Of a DNA stretch of 64,000 nt, positions 10,867 through 24,121 are shown one piece after another (the first letter of the stretch is position 1; each line of letters starts with the position of its first letter). The translations under genes and the position numbers were made by a program. The notes under the pieces are model-generated. The model was not told the DNA's origin and did not search any database. It was given only the letters and a program-made list of their open reading frames with translations. Source of the DNA: Mizuhopecten yessoensis (lineage: Eukaryota); contig NW_018408878.1 of the NCBI RefSeq assembly GCF_002113885.1, positions 964,032 through 1,028,031 on the forward strand, read 5' to 3'.

Positions 10867-12371
10867 TGTCTCATCAACAAGGTGGTTCACACTGAGCCTT
10901 AATTTTGTTATGACATATTCCAGGGGTGCAGAGAGCGAAAATGAGCGAAACCCCTGGATATCGAGGATGGGAAACAGGTAGGTAGAAGCAGAGAGAAATA
11001 TATAAAGATCCCAAATAATGCAATTACTATAGCGGTTCTTTTTGGTCGCATTTCCAAAATAATATTCAAAAACACATATTTGTGAAAACTGATAACTATA
11101 CAAATCACTACCACACATAACAATACACGCTCCTGTATCGACATATATATACACACAACACAAATCACAAAAAAAGATTTAAAGATTGTGTCTCGTAACA
11201 ACAAATATTTACACAGAAACATTTACATATTATAATACGCTTTCTAGTTAAGACGTGTGTGACATAATCTGAGAAACTGTTCACGCAACGAGCGTTTTAA
11301 CGAGCGTAAAACCCTGAAATATGTTTCATCAAAGGAATGAAATCGACCCGAAGGCATGCTTCAGTGTTATATATACATACCTGGATATGTAAATAACACA
11401 GTTTATATACAACTGTTAAAAAGAGTGGCAAGAAGGATGAATATAGAGTGGAACAATGGCGAGTAAATGTACCTACTTGATATGTCTGCACATAATCAAA
11501 TGGTCGAGCACGCTATTCAATGCATACAAAGTGAATGGCCACCTGCAGTACCCAACAGCATCTTATCATCAGGCGATCAATGTGTGGGTCCACGCAGAAC
11601 CGAGGCCATACACGGCCTTAGATTTTGATTAAGCAAAACAAACTGCACAACTACGATAATCATTTCAAGAATTAAATATACCTCTGCATTCTTCATTTTA
11701 ATTTAAGTGTCCAAGTGTTGTGTGTCGACACATTCTGGGATTTCAGAAAAAAATATACCTGTCTCGTTGAACCAGAAATTTACTATATCCACTCTTGTTT
11801 TATTCTCAATGCAATTATATCAGTGGTTAAAAACAAAGAAACGAACTAAAAAAAGAATATAGTAGCTTTAGCAATTCCATAAAGCCTATTAAAATCAATG
11901 AAACCAGAACAAAATATGAACAAAACCGGAAACCGGACAAAATGTCCGTGTTAATTTTTGTTTTGTTACCTCCGCTTGAGGAAGGTTTGTACGACAGTGT
12001 AAAAAAAGTGAGGTAAAAAAGAAGAAATTACAGTATGAGAGTGTGAAAAAGTGAGAGAGAAAAAAATGAACAAGTGTTGATTTGTGAAGAAAGAAAATAG
12101 AGAGTGTTTCATGTATCGTGGGTTGTAGCTGGGGGCAGCCCATCCCCAGACAACCCACGAATGATGTATGCATGCCTGGGTTATTAAATGTATATACATG
12201 TATATATATTTTTTTTTTTTAAAAATGAACAAATAAAATATTGACATAGGGACCCTTAACAAGTAAAAAGATAATAATACAATGTGTTTCGGAGCAGAAA
12301 CCGTCTTTGTTAGTTACAAAAGCAATGTCAATCCAGGGTCACGTCCATGTAATGTCACGTTTTCTAAGTGG

Positions 12372-12462
12372 AAACCGAGGTAGTGAAAACGAACCGGGGT
12401 AGTGAGAACGAACCGGGGTAGTGAGAACGGTAGTGAGAACGAACCGGGGTAGTGAGAACGAA
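12372..12462. repeat. 19-bp tandem repeat GAACCGGGGTAGTGAGAAC
   Basis: About 4-5 visible units. Confidence 0.85.
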
Positions 12463-12724
12463 ACAACAAAGCGATAGTCATATTATACAAGGAAACATGA
12501 ATTCATGATTTAAAGAAAAGCTGATAGAGCAGACTTGGAGGTGTTATAATAGCATGGTCTTTTTTTTATATAAATGTAACACAATGCTGCTGCCATCCAG
12601 TAGTATGTGTACCTAATAAATGAGAAATGTCTTTGATCGTCATGTTCAATGTACAACAAAGAAACTCAAGAGAATAGCTAAGTATCAAACTCAAAATCAA
12701 CGAAACTAGGGTAAAATATGAACT

Positions 12725-12913
12725 TTTCCGTCTTTTCGTATTGCAGAGTTATCTGCTCTTGTGGGCAGGGATTGATTGTTACGTCATTTGTTTGTGAGAG
12801 AAACGTCATAATTTTTTTGTGAAAACGACGTAATTTTCTCACACAAACTAATGACGTAACAATCAATACGTGCTCACATGAGCAGATAACTCTGCAATAC
12901 GACAAGACCGAAT
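12725..12913. mobile_element. 188-bp fold-back MITE, copy 2 (more diverged)
   Basis: Same arms and spacer as 30051-30238. Confidence 0.85.
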
Positions 12914-14170
12914 ATGGACACCTTTGAAAAAGTAACCACAAGAATAAAACCAGGTGAACAGGAAGGGTAAGCGGGACATCCGCCCTGTAAATCTAGGACA
13001 ACTTCATCTAATGTCACGTCCTCATAGTGAAAACTGGGGTAGTGACAAGACAACAAAATAATAACACGCACTAAGTATTACAATCGCGAACACTGGCTTT
13101 CAATTTACACAGGGAAACAGAAAAGCGTTACATAACAGAGTTTGAGGGAGTCATCATAACATGCTATTTATGTGTGCTGATATAGGTCTTAGTGTGTAGT
13201 GGCACTCAGCGGGTCTGTACTGTATTACCAGGTAACGTTCGAATGCACATGTCAGGCGGTGTCTCATCTGTAGTCTGTACAAGGATGTTAAGATTCATTT
13301 GTATATCACTACGGTGTATCTTAGCATGTATTCCCGGCTTTGAATAGTTTTTCATGTCATTAAAAACGTATAACATCATACTTCAGCTACATTTTAGGTT
13401 GAACTAACAACGTTCGTTTTCGTTTCATGAATAGTTCATTTAATATCCTAGATATTGTAAGACTAAGCATGTTCTTTTCTTTTTTCTTTTTTAAATATAT
13501 TGCAGATGCATGAGTGTTGGATGAATGCCAGATACTGTACATGATTTGCAGTTTATTACGCTTAAATTTTGGGTCGAAGCTCTTTTCAATATTGTATTCA
13601 CCAAAACGCGATATATATGTCATTGTGTAATAATTGTGTTTTCTCTCTTTTCAAAACGAATATGATGTTCATATCTTTAGCATGTGATCAGGAACGTTCC
13701 GAATCGCAAATATGTATTGTGACATTTATAAGTGGAAGTGATGCACTGCTTACGCCCGCATGTTTAAGAAATAGTTTGAATTTATTTATTCAATGATAAT
13801 TTTACCCCATGCTAAAGTTCTGTAATTGATTTTTGCACGAATATCACGTGAATATCAGTGTTTCCCCGCATTGTTTGTCTGTCTTGCTTTGGACGGCGAT
13901 AGAAATTAAATTTTGACTAGCCCTCGAGCCCAAGAAACATAAAAAAAGTGATGGTCAGTCACTCTCGAATTTCGGAAGTACTGTGATTTATAAGTATTGA
14001 ACGGCGTTTTTTCCAATGTTTATATCGGCATGAACATTGAAAAATGCTGTTCAATGCATATGTTTACATTCTAAACTTTTGATTTATCTAAATAAAAGTA
14101 TTACTTATATATTCGATATTGAAGTTATGTGTCGTCAGTGAAAACGAGACTCATGGAACATCCTAACGTC

Positions 14171-14413
14171 GGGTGGTCGGGTGGTGCAGTGGATAGCGCA
14201 CTTGCCTTTCACCAAGGCGGCCGGGGTTCGATTCCCCGATCGGACGTGAAAAGGTTGGGGTCACCTGCCCGACCACGTGGGTTTTCTCCGGGTACTCCGG
14301 TTTCCTCCCACACTAAGACCCCCACGCGCTAACATCCAGGCCAACAAGAGTGATTAATATAAGTTGAAATAACTTGTTTCATAATTGTTGTTAAATAAAT
14401 AAAGTTTATATTT
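14171..14413 (+). mobile_element. Full-length tRNA-derived SINE, family A (V-domain-like)
   Basis: A box (GGTGCAGTGG), B box (GGTTCGATTCC), core GGGTTTTCTCCGGGTACTCCGGTTTCCTCCCAC, AT-rich tail, and a 7-bp TSD TAACGTC at 14164-14170 and 14414-14420. Confidence 0.92.
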
Positions 14414-14554
14414 TAACGTCATAAAATTGTTTACTTCTAAGTGTTCAAACTGTTATTTTATGTTCCTCGATGCGGTAGGATGCTTCAATATGACGCTGAT
14501 CAAATTGAGTTCATAGCCCTATGAACAACATCCTTTTCTGGTTAGATGTAAAAC

Positions 14555-14672
14555 ATACCCTGTCTCCAGCATACATACACACATGCATGCACGCATCCAC
14601 AACATACACGGAGACACGTCCTTAAATGACCTGAGCTGTTAATAGGACGTTAAACAAAATAAAACCAAATCA
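14555..14672 (+). mobile_element. 3' tail of SINE family C
   Basis: CACGTCCTTAAATGACCTGAGCTGTTAATAGGACGTTAAACAAAATAAAACCAAA, preceded by a CA-rich tract; reverse complement of 50717-50810. Confidence 0.65.
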
Positions 14673-14944
14673 AAGTAACATTTTAAAACTTCCACATCGA
14701 AATGTTGAAATGAATATGTATACTACATTTATATACGGAACGATTTTAAATTTCGTTTCGAAAACTGATGTATTGATTGTAAAATTTGAATGCAGAGGTA
14801 TTAACGACACTCAGGAAAGTAGTGTAACATTACTCATGCCTGAAGTGTGATTCATCGTTCAAACACAGATCTCAGGTAATGTATGCCAATCTGCCCAGTT
14901 AATGCCCAGGATATGCACTTTTACTAGAAAGTTATACAGGTAAG

Positions 14945-16350
14945 GCTATAATGACAGTTAGTGAAACAGTAAGGCTGATAGTAAGGGTAATATTACGGAT
15001 GATAGTGAGGTGAAAGTAAGTTGATATTAAGGGTGACTGTAAGGGTGATAGTTAGCGTGACAGTAAGGTTGACAGGGTGACAGTAAGGCTGACAGTAGGG
15101 ATGACAGTAAGGATGACAGGGTGACAGTAAGGTTGACAGGGTGACAGTAAGGTTGACAGGGTGACAGTAAGGCTGACAGGGTGACAGTAAGGATGACAGT
15201 AAGGATGACAGGGTGACAGTAAGGTTGACAGTAGGGATGACAGTAAGGATGACAGGGTGACAGTAAGGTTGACATGGTGACAGTAAGGCTGACAGTATGG
15301 ATGATAGTAAGGATGACATGGTGACAGTAAGGTTGACAGGGTGACAGTAAGGCTGACAGTAGGAATGACAGTAAGGATGACAGGGTTACATTAAGGCTGA
15401 CAGTAGGGATGACAGTAAGGATGACAGGGTGACAGTAAGGTTGACAGGGTGACAGTAAGGCTGACAGTAGGGATGACAGTAAGGATGACAGGGTGACAGT
15501 AAGGTTGACAGGGTGACAGTAAGGCTGACAGTAGGGATGACGGTAAGGATGACAGGGTGACAGTAAGGTTGATAGGGTGACAGTAAGGCTGACAGCAGGG
15601 ATGACAGTAAGAATGACAGTGAAGATGAAAATAAATGTGACATTTAGGATGGCAGTGAGGATGATAGTTAGGGTAAAAAAAGGGTGATAATAAGGGTGAC
15701 AGTAATGGTGCTAGTAAGGTTAACAGTAAGGTTTACAGTTAGGTTTACAGTAAGGTTAACAGTAAGGTTGACAGTAAGGTTGACAGTATGGTTTACAGTA
15801 AGATTTACAGTAAGGTTGACAGTAAGGTTTATAGTAAGGTTTATAGTAAGGTTTACAGCAAGGTTGACAGTTAGGTTTACAGTAAGGTTGACAGTAAGGT
15901 TTACAGTAAGGTTTACAGTAAAGTTGACAGTAAAGTTGACAGTAAGGTTTACCGTAAGCTTGACAGTATGGTTGACAGTAAGGTTTACAGTTAGGTTTAC
16001 AGTAAGGTTGACATTAAGGTTGACAGTAAGGTTTACAGTAAGGTTTACAGTAAGGTTGACAGTAAGGTTTACAGTAAGGTTTACAGTAAGGTTGACAGTA
16101 AGGTTTACAGTAAGGTTAACAGTAAGGTTGGCAGTAAGGTTGACAGTAAGGTTAACAGTAAGGTTGACAGTAAGGTTTACAGTAAGGTTGACGGTAAGGT
16201 TTACGGTAAGGTAAACAGTAAGGTTTACAGTAAGGTTGACAGTAAGGTTTACAGTAAGGTTTACAGTAAGGTTGACAGTAAGGTTGATAGTAAGGTTTAC
16301 AGTAAGGTTTACAGTAAGGTTTACAGTAAGGTTAACAGTAAGGTTGACAG
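14945..16350. repeat. 12-bp satellite (ACAGTAAGGTT[G/T])n with a 12+9-bp higher-order sub-array at about 15050-15620
   Basis: Directly visible; explains the LTVN and TVRF repeat ORFs. Confidence 0.95.
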
Positions 16351-16739
16351 TACAGATGACAGTTATGTAGTACATTTCAGTGGATATTTATGGTATCACG
16401 GGAGAACATTCATAGGACACCGACGGAGACACTCGCTTGATATACTTACCTGGACAGTTCTGCCCGACACGAGTCTAAAAGAATCCCTCACCCCCAAGGT
16501 ATGGGATGGTGGATCTCAATCCAAAGAAGAAAATTTTAGAGTTGCAAGCCTCGTGTTTGGCACCTTTAGAATCTTTTCCAAAAGTTGTGATTTCACATTT
16601 CACACCGAGGTGGTGAATGATTCTTTCTTGACTTATCCTGTTGACCCTTTCATTAACATGATGCTATGTTAACGTTACATGTTCAATGCATTGTTGACGT
16701 GACGTCATACAATCGCTATGATTTGGGGAATCCCACTAT

Positions 16740-18380
16740 ATCAACGTTAGGGTGAGACTAATATAAGCATCCCCAACCTTGGAGGTAAGACAGAAAAATA
16801 TCTACATTAGACGTAAGATTTTTAATTGTCTAAATGTCTTAAATGAGGGCCAGAATCTAATAATCTAACCCCGAGGGTTGAGAGTTACTGTCTTACTCGT
16901 AAAGTGGGGAATGATTACTTTTCTTCCACATCAAACACAAGTGGTAATTTCATGAAAAGCAAATGTCGATTTCATAATTTTCTAGCAAATCGTAGTTTTC
17001 TCTTGTGATCAGCTAGTGTTGACATGACGTCTTTGTATTGTTGACGTGACCGTCATGCACTTGTTATGGCAAGGACCCCCNTTCATGGCCAGGGGTTAAG
17101 GATAGGGTTCCACCCGAGGGGGTTTCAAATTTGGTAAAACCCGAGGCTTTTGTCCTTCTCCCTTGGGCAAAAAAGAGTATTATTCTCTCAGTCCAACTAC
17201 CAGAATAAGCTCGGAAACCATGAAAATGCATTTTGACTGGCTATCATTTTGAAAATATCAATTTTTCCTGTGAACTTTGTAGACGAAAACGAATCTGTCA
17301 GCCAGATTCAGCATAACCGCATATTTGCAAACGAAGTTTGCTTAGAAAAATTAATCACATCCGTCTAACGTATGCAGTGAATATATCTTCAAAGGTTTTA
17401 ACTTCCGCGTTGCGGCATCGGATATTTCCGAATTCGTCATCGTTGAGCCTTTGTGACGTCACGTCACGTGAAATGGGGTGTAAGATTAATAGAATCCATC
17501 CCTGATGTGAGGTATGGAAAAGTTTATTCAAACCCTCGGGATAAGATTTTGAGCAGGAGACTCGAGGCTTTGTCGAGGGTCTTTTGCTCAATATTTTATC
17601 CCGAGGGTTTGAATAACCTTATCCTTACCTTACATCAAGGATAGATTATATTTCTTGCTTATTACGTAAAACCCGTAAAAACGGCTGCTCTTCTAGTAAA
17701 GTTGTAAACTGTCCGCACATTTCTCATTTGCATATGAAGCCCGAACGGCAATTGTTAGTGACGTTAATGTCCCTGACTGACCCCAAAACATCATAAAATG
17801 ACGTCACGAATAATAGCGTGACCCCTAAAGGTCACTATAATTCCCCCGCATGCCTCCGCGTGTAAGCGATCTAGACCCGTGGGCCGGATATTATTTTCCA
17901 GTAACGCCGGCAATGCGGATAGCTCTGTCTAGTATGCAAAAAAAAGGTAATTTAAACCCAAGGGATAAAATATTGAGCTTAAGTCCCGAGGTTTTGCTCT
18001 TCTATTAAAGTTGTAAACTGTCCGCGCATTTCTCATTTGCATATGAAGCCCGGATGGTAATTGTTAATGACGTCAATGACCCTTACTAACCCCAAAACGT
18101 CATAAAATGACGTCACGAACAATAGTGTGACCCCGAATGGTCACTACAATTCCCCGCCAGCGTGTAAGCGATCCAGACCCGTGGGTAGGATAGAATTTTC
18201 TAGCGCCGTCGGAAATGCGGATATCTCGGCCTAGTATGCAAGAAAGAAAAATTGTACACCCTTTTCCTACCCTGGATAGCTCTATCTCACACACAGGGAA
18301 ATGAGAGAAAAAATATCTTCCCTGACCGGGTGTGGATATCACCATCCAATAGGGTAGAAAAAGGTAGCATTTCATGACCG
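16740..18380. mobile_element. Cluster of nested fold-back non-autonomous elements, including a long hairpin (about 17490-17647) and a roughly 310-bp direct duplication
   Basis: Hairpin centred on CGAGGCTTTGTCGAG. 17082-17310 is homologous to 60022-60250. 17690-17940 is repeated at 18000-18242. Confidence 0.6.
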
Positions 18381-19529
18381 GAAGTGTGGATATCTGTGTC
18401 TAAAGAGGGGGGGGGGGCGGTATCCGCACACCGGGGAAAGTGTGGATGTCATCTGAGAGTTTACCACCTGCTATTAAATATACACTTACAGCGTAGCCGA
18501 ATCCACATCTAGTTGTGGACAACTTGTACACAGTTTACACCTTTGTGTACACACGCTCCACTTGTCATTTGTTTGTTTTATTACAAAAAAAATATTTCCT
18601 TACCATGCCAAAATTACGGAAGCCAAACAATAGCAAAACTAACTGTCGAAATTTCGAGTTATTTACACGAAAAAAATGAATTTGTTTTTCTTCTACATGA
18701 CCCTAGTGCTCTTTCGTACAAAATAGACATACATTAACATACAATTGCTTAGAAAGGGTGGTATTTATCTGATTTCTAAAATATAATAAAGTGTATAATA
18801 GTTTTATTATTAAGATTATTTTATTGTTTTTATATAATTGCATATCTTTGTCTATAACACAATCTCAACCTTAAGTAGTTCTCCAGCAGAAAGATTACTT
18901 CGGCAGAATACATATTCATGAGTTATTACTGCTGCACATAACTTTAAAACTTGCGTATTATAATAAAATGTTTTGGTATGATACAAAAAACAGAAAAAGT
19001 ATCAGTATTTACCATAAAAAAATGATAATCAAATCTCAATGTTTATGTGAAATCGGGTATTGATCATGTTTGTCATGCTAAAAGTACTCTACCGGTTTAG
19101 ATATTACATGAAAATGATTCTGTTTACAGAAAATATACATGGAAAGTTTTTCAAACTTCCAAGCGGCGCGAAGCGCTGCCGGGGTTTGATCTGTAAACAC
19201 TTTGTCCACTTCCGGTGCTTCCCCATGCGTGAAAGCCTTCTGGGATATTGGGGCCGCATGCCGTCTACAAAAATATGATGGTAAACCCTACGGTATTGGT
19301 ATTTATTGCAGTTTACTTGTGAAATATCATGAATTCTCTATTTAATAAAAACGTATCTTCAATGCAGTGAAGATAAACGAAACATTATGTCTTCACAAGT
19401 AAAAACTTCACTCTATAAGTATTGTCCAATCTGAACGGTACATTATATTCTCTGCGTAGATTTTCAGTTTCAAGTTTAGAGGAAGTGACGGCAGAATAAT
19501 TGGTTGTGTTGTCTACCTTCGGCATTGAG

Positions 19530-19770
19530 AATGGCAGTAAGGGTGAAGGTAAAGGATGATAGCAAGAGTGACAGTTATAGTGAAAGTTAAGTTGACAGTT
19601 AGGACGACAGTAAGGGTGATGGTAAGGGTAAAAATAAGGGTGATATTATAAGAGTGATGGTAAGGATGACAGTAAATGTGACAGGTTTACAGTAAGGATG
19701 ACAGTAAATGTGACAGGTTGACAGTAAGGATGGCAGTAAGGGTGATAGTAAGGGTAAAAATAAGGTTTAT
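19530..19770. repeat. Degenerate relative of the 12-bp GACAGTAAGG satellite
   Basis: Shares units and the AGGGTAAAAA(T)AAGGGTGATA segment with 15640-15720. Confidence 0.75.
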
Positions 19771-21299
19771 CGACGTTTTTGACGAAACAGGTTTCGCAAT
19801 AAAAATATTTGTGGTTTTAAAATCGCGGGCTTCAAAATTTGCCACATTTTGATTGGTTGAAAAAGACCGGAACAGAAAACTTCACTACCAGTTTTTACCT
19901 CATCACAGACAAGTTTCATGTTTGACTCAAAGGTCTACCAATTTTAATATGTGTTTGTCACTCTTTCAACAAGAAAACAACCGTCGGCTTCACGAAAGCT
20001 AGGCCTGTGCAAGAACCGGTCAGACGAAGAGTTTCTTTGTTTACCAACGACAATGCTGATGAGCCTCTTGAGATACATGTATCATCAGTACGCGCATGTG
20101 TGGGTGAAAAATAGGTATGCGTACCTTACTTTGTCAGTTCGTGTCTGTGTCACAACATGACTCCCCCGCCCCACTCCCCACCCTGGTCCAATTTGCTTCA
20201 AGTCGGTTCAACCACAGGGGTTCGTTACAAGTGTCTGAAATACACATATATGTTATACTGATATGGGTCACAGAACACATAAGGCTTTGACCCATATCAG
20301 CATAGCATATGGTGTATTTCAGAGGTTCAAGGTGGGGGAGGGGGAATCGAGATCCATTGATATAATAAGGCGGCAGGCGAATTGCTGGTAGTTTGTAATG
20401 TGTTAAGGTAGACATGATCAAAAAAGTTTCGTTTTACACGTTATTTAATCAGTTTTGTCTCTTCTATTTAATTAAAAGCAACGAAACTTACAAAAGATGA
20501 CAAACATCAAGCATTCCATTAAGTTTCCTTTACCTGTACAATGCCTTTTTCCATTAACAGTATTATTTCTAATATTTGTTCTACCCTTTAATTTATCTGT
20601 ATTTAATGAATGCAGTAATTGCACTCATTTTTTGTAAACAAATGATATATGGTAATAAATGATAAATGCATACTTCCCCTTTTTTAACGGGGGAGAAGCC
20701 GTGTGCTCAAAATAGAATATAACAAAACATGCCCCCTAGGTAAAAAAAAACAAAAACCAACACTTAAGAGTGTAAATCGTCTTTTGAGTTGTTCTTTCTG
20801 ATGACATCATTAGGTATCAGAATATTTAAGCAAGTTTACTAGCTGAAAATGGTCAGTTCTAGCACGGACTTAGAATAGAGAGCAATCTAATTCTGTGGTC
20901 TGACCTATGGGTCGAAAGGTGTTAATTAAGGGGACGTAACTCACGATATCTGGAAAAAAAAATGCTACATGTAGATATGATTAGTCATTTTACCAAGGAA
21001 TTAAACTAGACCTAAGTCCATGACTTTAACTAATTTGTATATGTTTCACTTCTCGAAACGTGTGAAATAATCAGTTCTTAAATATGAAAATGAAAAATTG
21101 ATTAACTGATTACATGTAACATTTTAGTCAATTTTCAACCACGTGTATACACTAGCTGTAGACCATTGATATATCTGGTCACAAACTCTAATTATACTAT
21201 AAAACAGAGATACCTGGTCACCGAGTTACATGTACATGGTCACGAACAGAAACAGATGCACTACCTGTGGATAACTGAAATACCTGATCACAAAAAAAT

Positions 21300-21590
21300 A
21301 TAGTTCACTGAGATACCTTGACACAAAAACTAACTATAGACCACCTAGATCCCAGGTTACAAACTCTCACTATAGACCACTGATATACCTGGTTACAAAC
21401 TCTCACTATAGACCACTGAGATACCTGTTTACAAACACTCACTATAAACCACTGAGATCCCTGTTTACAAACTCTCACTATAGACCACTGAGATACCTGC
21501 TTACAAACTCTCACTATAGACCACTAAGATACCTGTTTACAAATACATATCATAGACCATTGAGATACCTGGTCACAAACACCTACATTA
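21300..21590. repeat. 36-bp minisatellite ACTATAGACCACTGAGATACCTGTTTACAAACTCTC
   Basis: About 7 units; 12-aa periodicity in the spurious ORF. Confidence 0.9.
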
Positions 21591-23090
21591 GACTATTGAC
21601 GTAACACTTCCTCAGAGATCAAGGCCAGTCAAGATAAAAAAATATATATATTAAATATCACATTTGTGAGGTGTTTACATAATTGAGTTGTTGCTTTGTA
21701 AACAACTTCATGACGAGCACTGTTTCAATGTGTTATTTGCATACATAGCCTTACGCATAGAGATATGCAATGTATACAGGTGTGAAAGTTAAATGTACAA
21801 TTAACAAAACTATTTAAAACGTATGGCAGGTTTTGACTGTACTGTATTGGAGGTAATTTAAAACCATGCATCTGTGAACACGTCAGATTTGTTATCAGAA
21901 ACTGAAATCATTATTAATGTCTTGAGCGAATCTAAATAATTTCATAACTGACACACCCTTAAAAGCTTTTAACCTTTTTGATGTATTGGTTTCATGCATC
22001 CATTAAAACCGCAACCTTCATAATAGTATTCAAATGTTCACTTTGACAGAAACTCGCTCGCTAAATGAAATAATACATTTTTTTTACTTTCATAAAGATC
22101 TATGGTGGAAATCTAATTTCTAGTAGCGAAAAGGCATAGAATATATACAAAACTAATTGAATATGAATTCTTGAACTCCTGAGATATTAGGTATTGTTAA
22201 TATGATGCTGCACATATAGCCATATTCACTATAGACTTAAAAAAAAACCTTTCAACACTTTCCCATTGGAGGACCAAATTTTGAATAAACTTTTTCCGGT
22301 ATCCTGACAACCATGCATCCCCTTACTCGGCCATTCGGAACACCTAGCAACAACGAATCATAAATTGTAATAATAAGCAACTAAACACGTTTTCTTAAGT
22401 GTACATACTGATACACATTGTTAAATTAAGTCTATAATCCATTCACTTAGTTTTATTGTTGACCAAAGCTTACATTTATCGTTCTTAGTCCTATCCGGAT
22501 ATGCACAACCGTCCACGCACAATTACTATCGCCACATGAAAACTTTCCGGAATCCGCCACTCGGCATACCGTTTTTTGCTTATCTAGCCCGAGTGTCAAT
22601 AGCCACTCCGTTTAAAAAAATATAGAAGACATCATGATATTACCCGATCGCCGGCGATATTTCACTATAGAGTGCAATACGACTTCACTAAGAATTCGGT
22701 TTACCGGGTAAATATTAATTTCCCTGCTATACAACAATACACGAAAGATCGCATGTCATCCACCTATATTTACAATGTAGTAACTTACCTGTAAGATCAC
22801 CTGTAACGGGTAACCATTAGAGGGATTTCCCACCGGAGCGTTCATAGCCATTTGACATTTAATGTGTCTGCACGGTTGCTATCAAAGAACAGCATTCTAG
22901 TCTCGACAGTGAATGACGAACATCAATACAAGGATATAACTGTAATGGTTTCAGTTAAAGGACCAAACTCTTGACAAAAAGCAAATATAGATCTATTTAA
23001 GCATTATGATTTGAAAATGACGGATCCCGGGACGTTAGTTAAATGGACAGGAGAGCGACCTTGTATGGGTGGATCCACAATTACAATTAA

Positions 23091-23470
23091 TGTAACAGAA
23101 ATGGAAAAATGCACGGCCAGACCGGGGTTCAAACCCGGGACCCTCCAAACTCTATAGACGAACGCTCTACCAATTGAGCTACCTTGTCGCCGACGATCGA
23201 CCCAGTACAGTTCCGCTACATTCCTCTCTCCTTTTTCTAAGTCTTCGCACCCGAGGACACAACTATTTACGACACAGGTTCGGGTATTCCCTTTCCAAGC
23301 ATACACCAAATGCTTTAAATAACAGTTGGTCTCAGGCACCACTGTAACAGGTGAGAAAGGTGCACGGAAAGTGCGGGGGTCCGAACCCGGGACCCTCCGA
23401 ACTCTAGACGGACGCTATACCGTTTGAGCTACCTTGTCGCCGACGATGGATCCAGTCCGGTTCCGCTACA
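23091..23470 (-). mobile_element. Miniature LTR retroelement (TRIM) with tRNA-like sequence inside both LTRs (Helenus-like)
   Basis: Direct repeats 23091-23220 and 23343-23470, each TGT...ACA. On the - strand, TGGTGCC (PBS-like) follows one LTR and AGAAAAAGGAGAGAGGAA (PPT) precedes the other. A/B boxes lie inside the LTRs. Flanks TTAA/TAAA. Confidence 0.8.
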
Positions 23471-24121
23471 TAAATAACTCACATCTGGACTTGGTTTGTT
23501 TAAAATGTGGAAATCCAAAGCAAATTTATATTTATTCACGCATTATAATTTCAAACATTAGAATGGTGAATATTTTCATCAGAAAATACTGAACTAATGC
23601 TTTGTGTGTATAGATGTTCCAGTGATGATTGGTTATCATGTTTACGGTACTCTATTGAAGACACGTGTCTCACAAAGTTCCTTTTACAATTGAACAAATA
23701 CCTAAATAAAATTTGTATTACATATTAATCATTCATAATGGGTTTGGAGACCGTTTCCTTACGCAAAACTCATATTATATCTAGAAAAAATGCTGTCTGT
23801 AAAACGAGTCAGTTTAAAACTGTGTAACTGAACCTGTGTAAAGACGTCCAAGTTTACAATCTTTTTCAGGTTTCTATTACATGTTTTTTTGTCCTTCGAG
23901 GAGAATAAGTCACCTATAACGGATGTCTATCTTCAAGCGAACCAGACTATCACACAATAGTCCCGTGTCTTTCAGCGACCTTCAAAAATGCGTTGAGTAC
24001 TGAAAATACACATATGACATAACTTCAAGGACATATTACCGACACGCAACTTTTAAAATAAACAACATTTTTAAAAATCAGTCTTTACTCTTCATGAATT
24101 GAATCTTTTACTTACATAAGA

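Noticed and set aside
14171-14245. tRNA gene call for the SINE and LTR heads
   Set aside because: A/B boxes are present, but they run into SINE cores or LTR ends, with no proper acceptor stem and oligo-T terminator.
14993-16375. LTVN/TVRF/PYCH repeat ORFs up to 235 aa (antifreeze-like appearance)
   Set aside because: Open on both strands because the 12-bp unit lacks stops; no unique flanking domain or splice support.
16442-16453. ATACTTACCTGG, identical to the 5' end of U1 snRNA
   Set aside because: Similarity stops after 12 nt; it is simply the complement of a consensus splice donor.
18377-19216. ACCGGAAGTG...CACTTCCGGT as possible TIRs
   Set aside because: Short and imperfect, no TSD, and it is also a common ETS-type motif.
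21300-21590. 36-bp repeats resembling a CRISPR array
   Set aside because: Head-to-tail units with no unique spacers, in a eukaryotic context with no cas genes.
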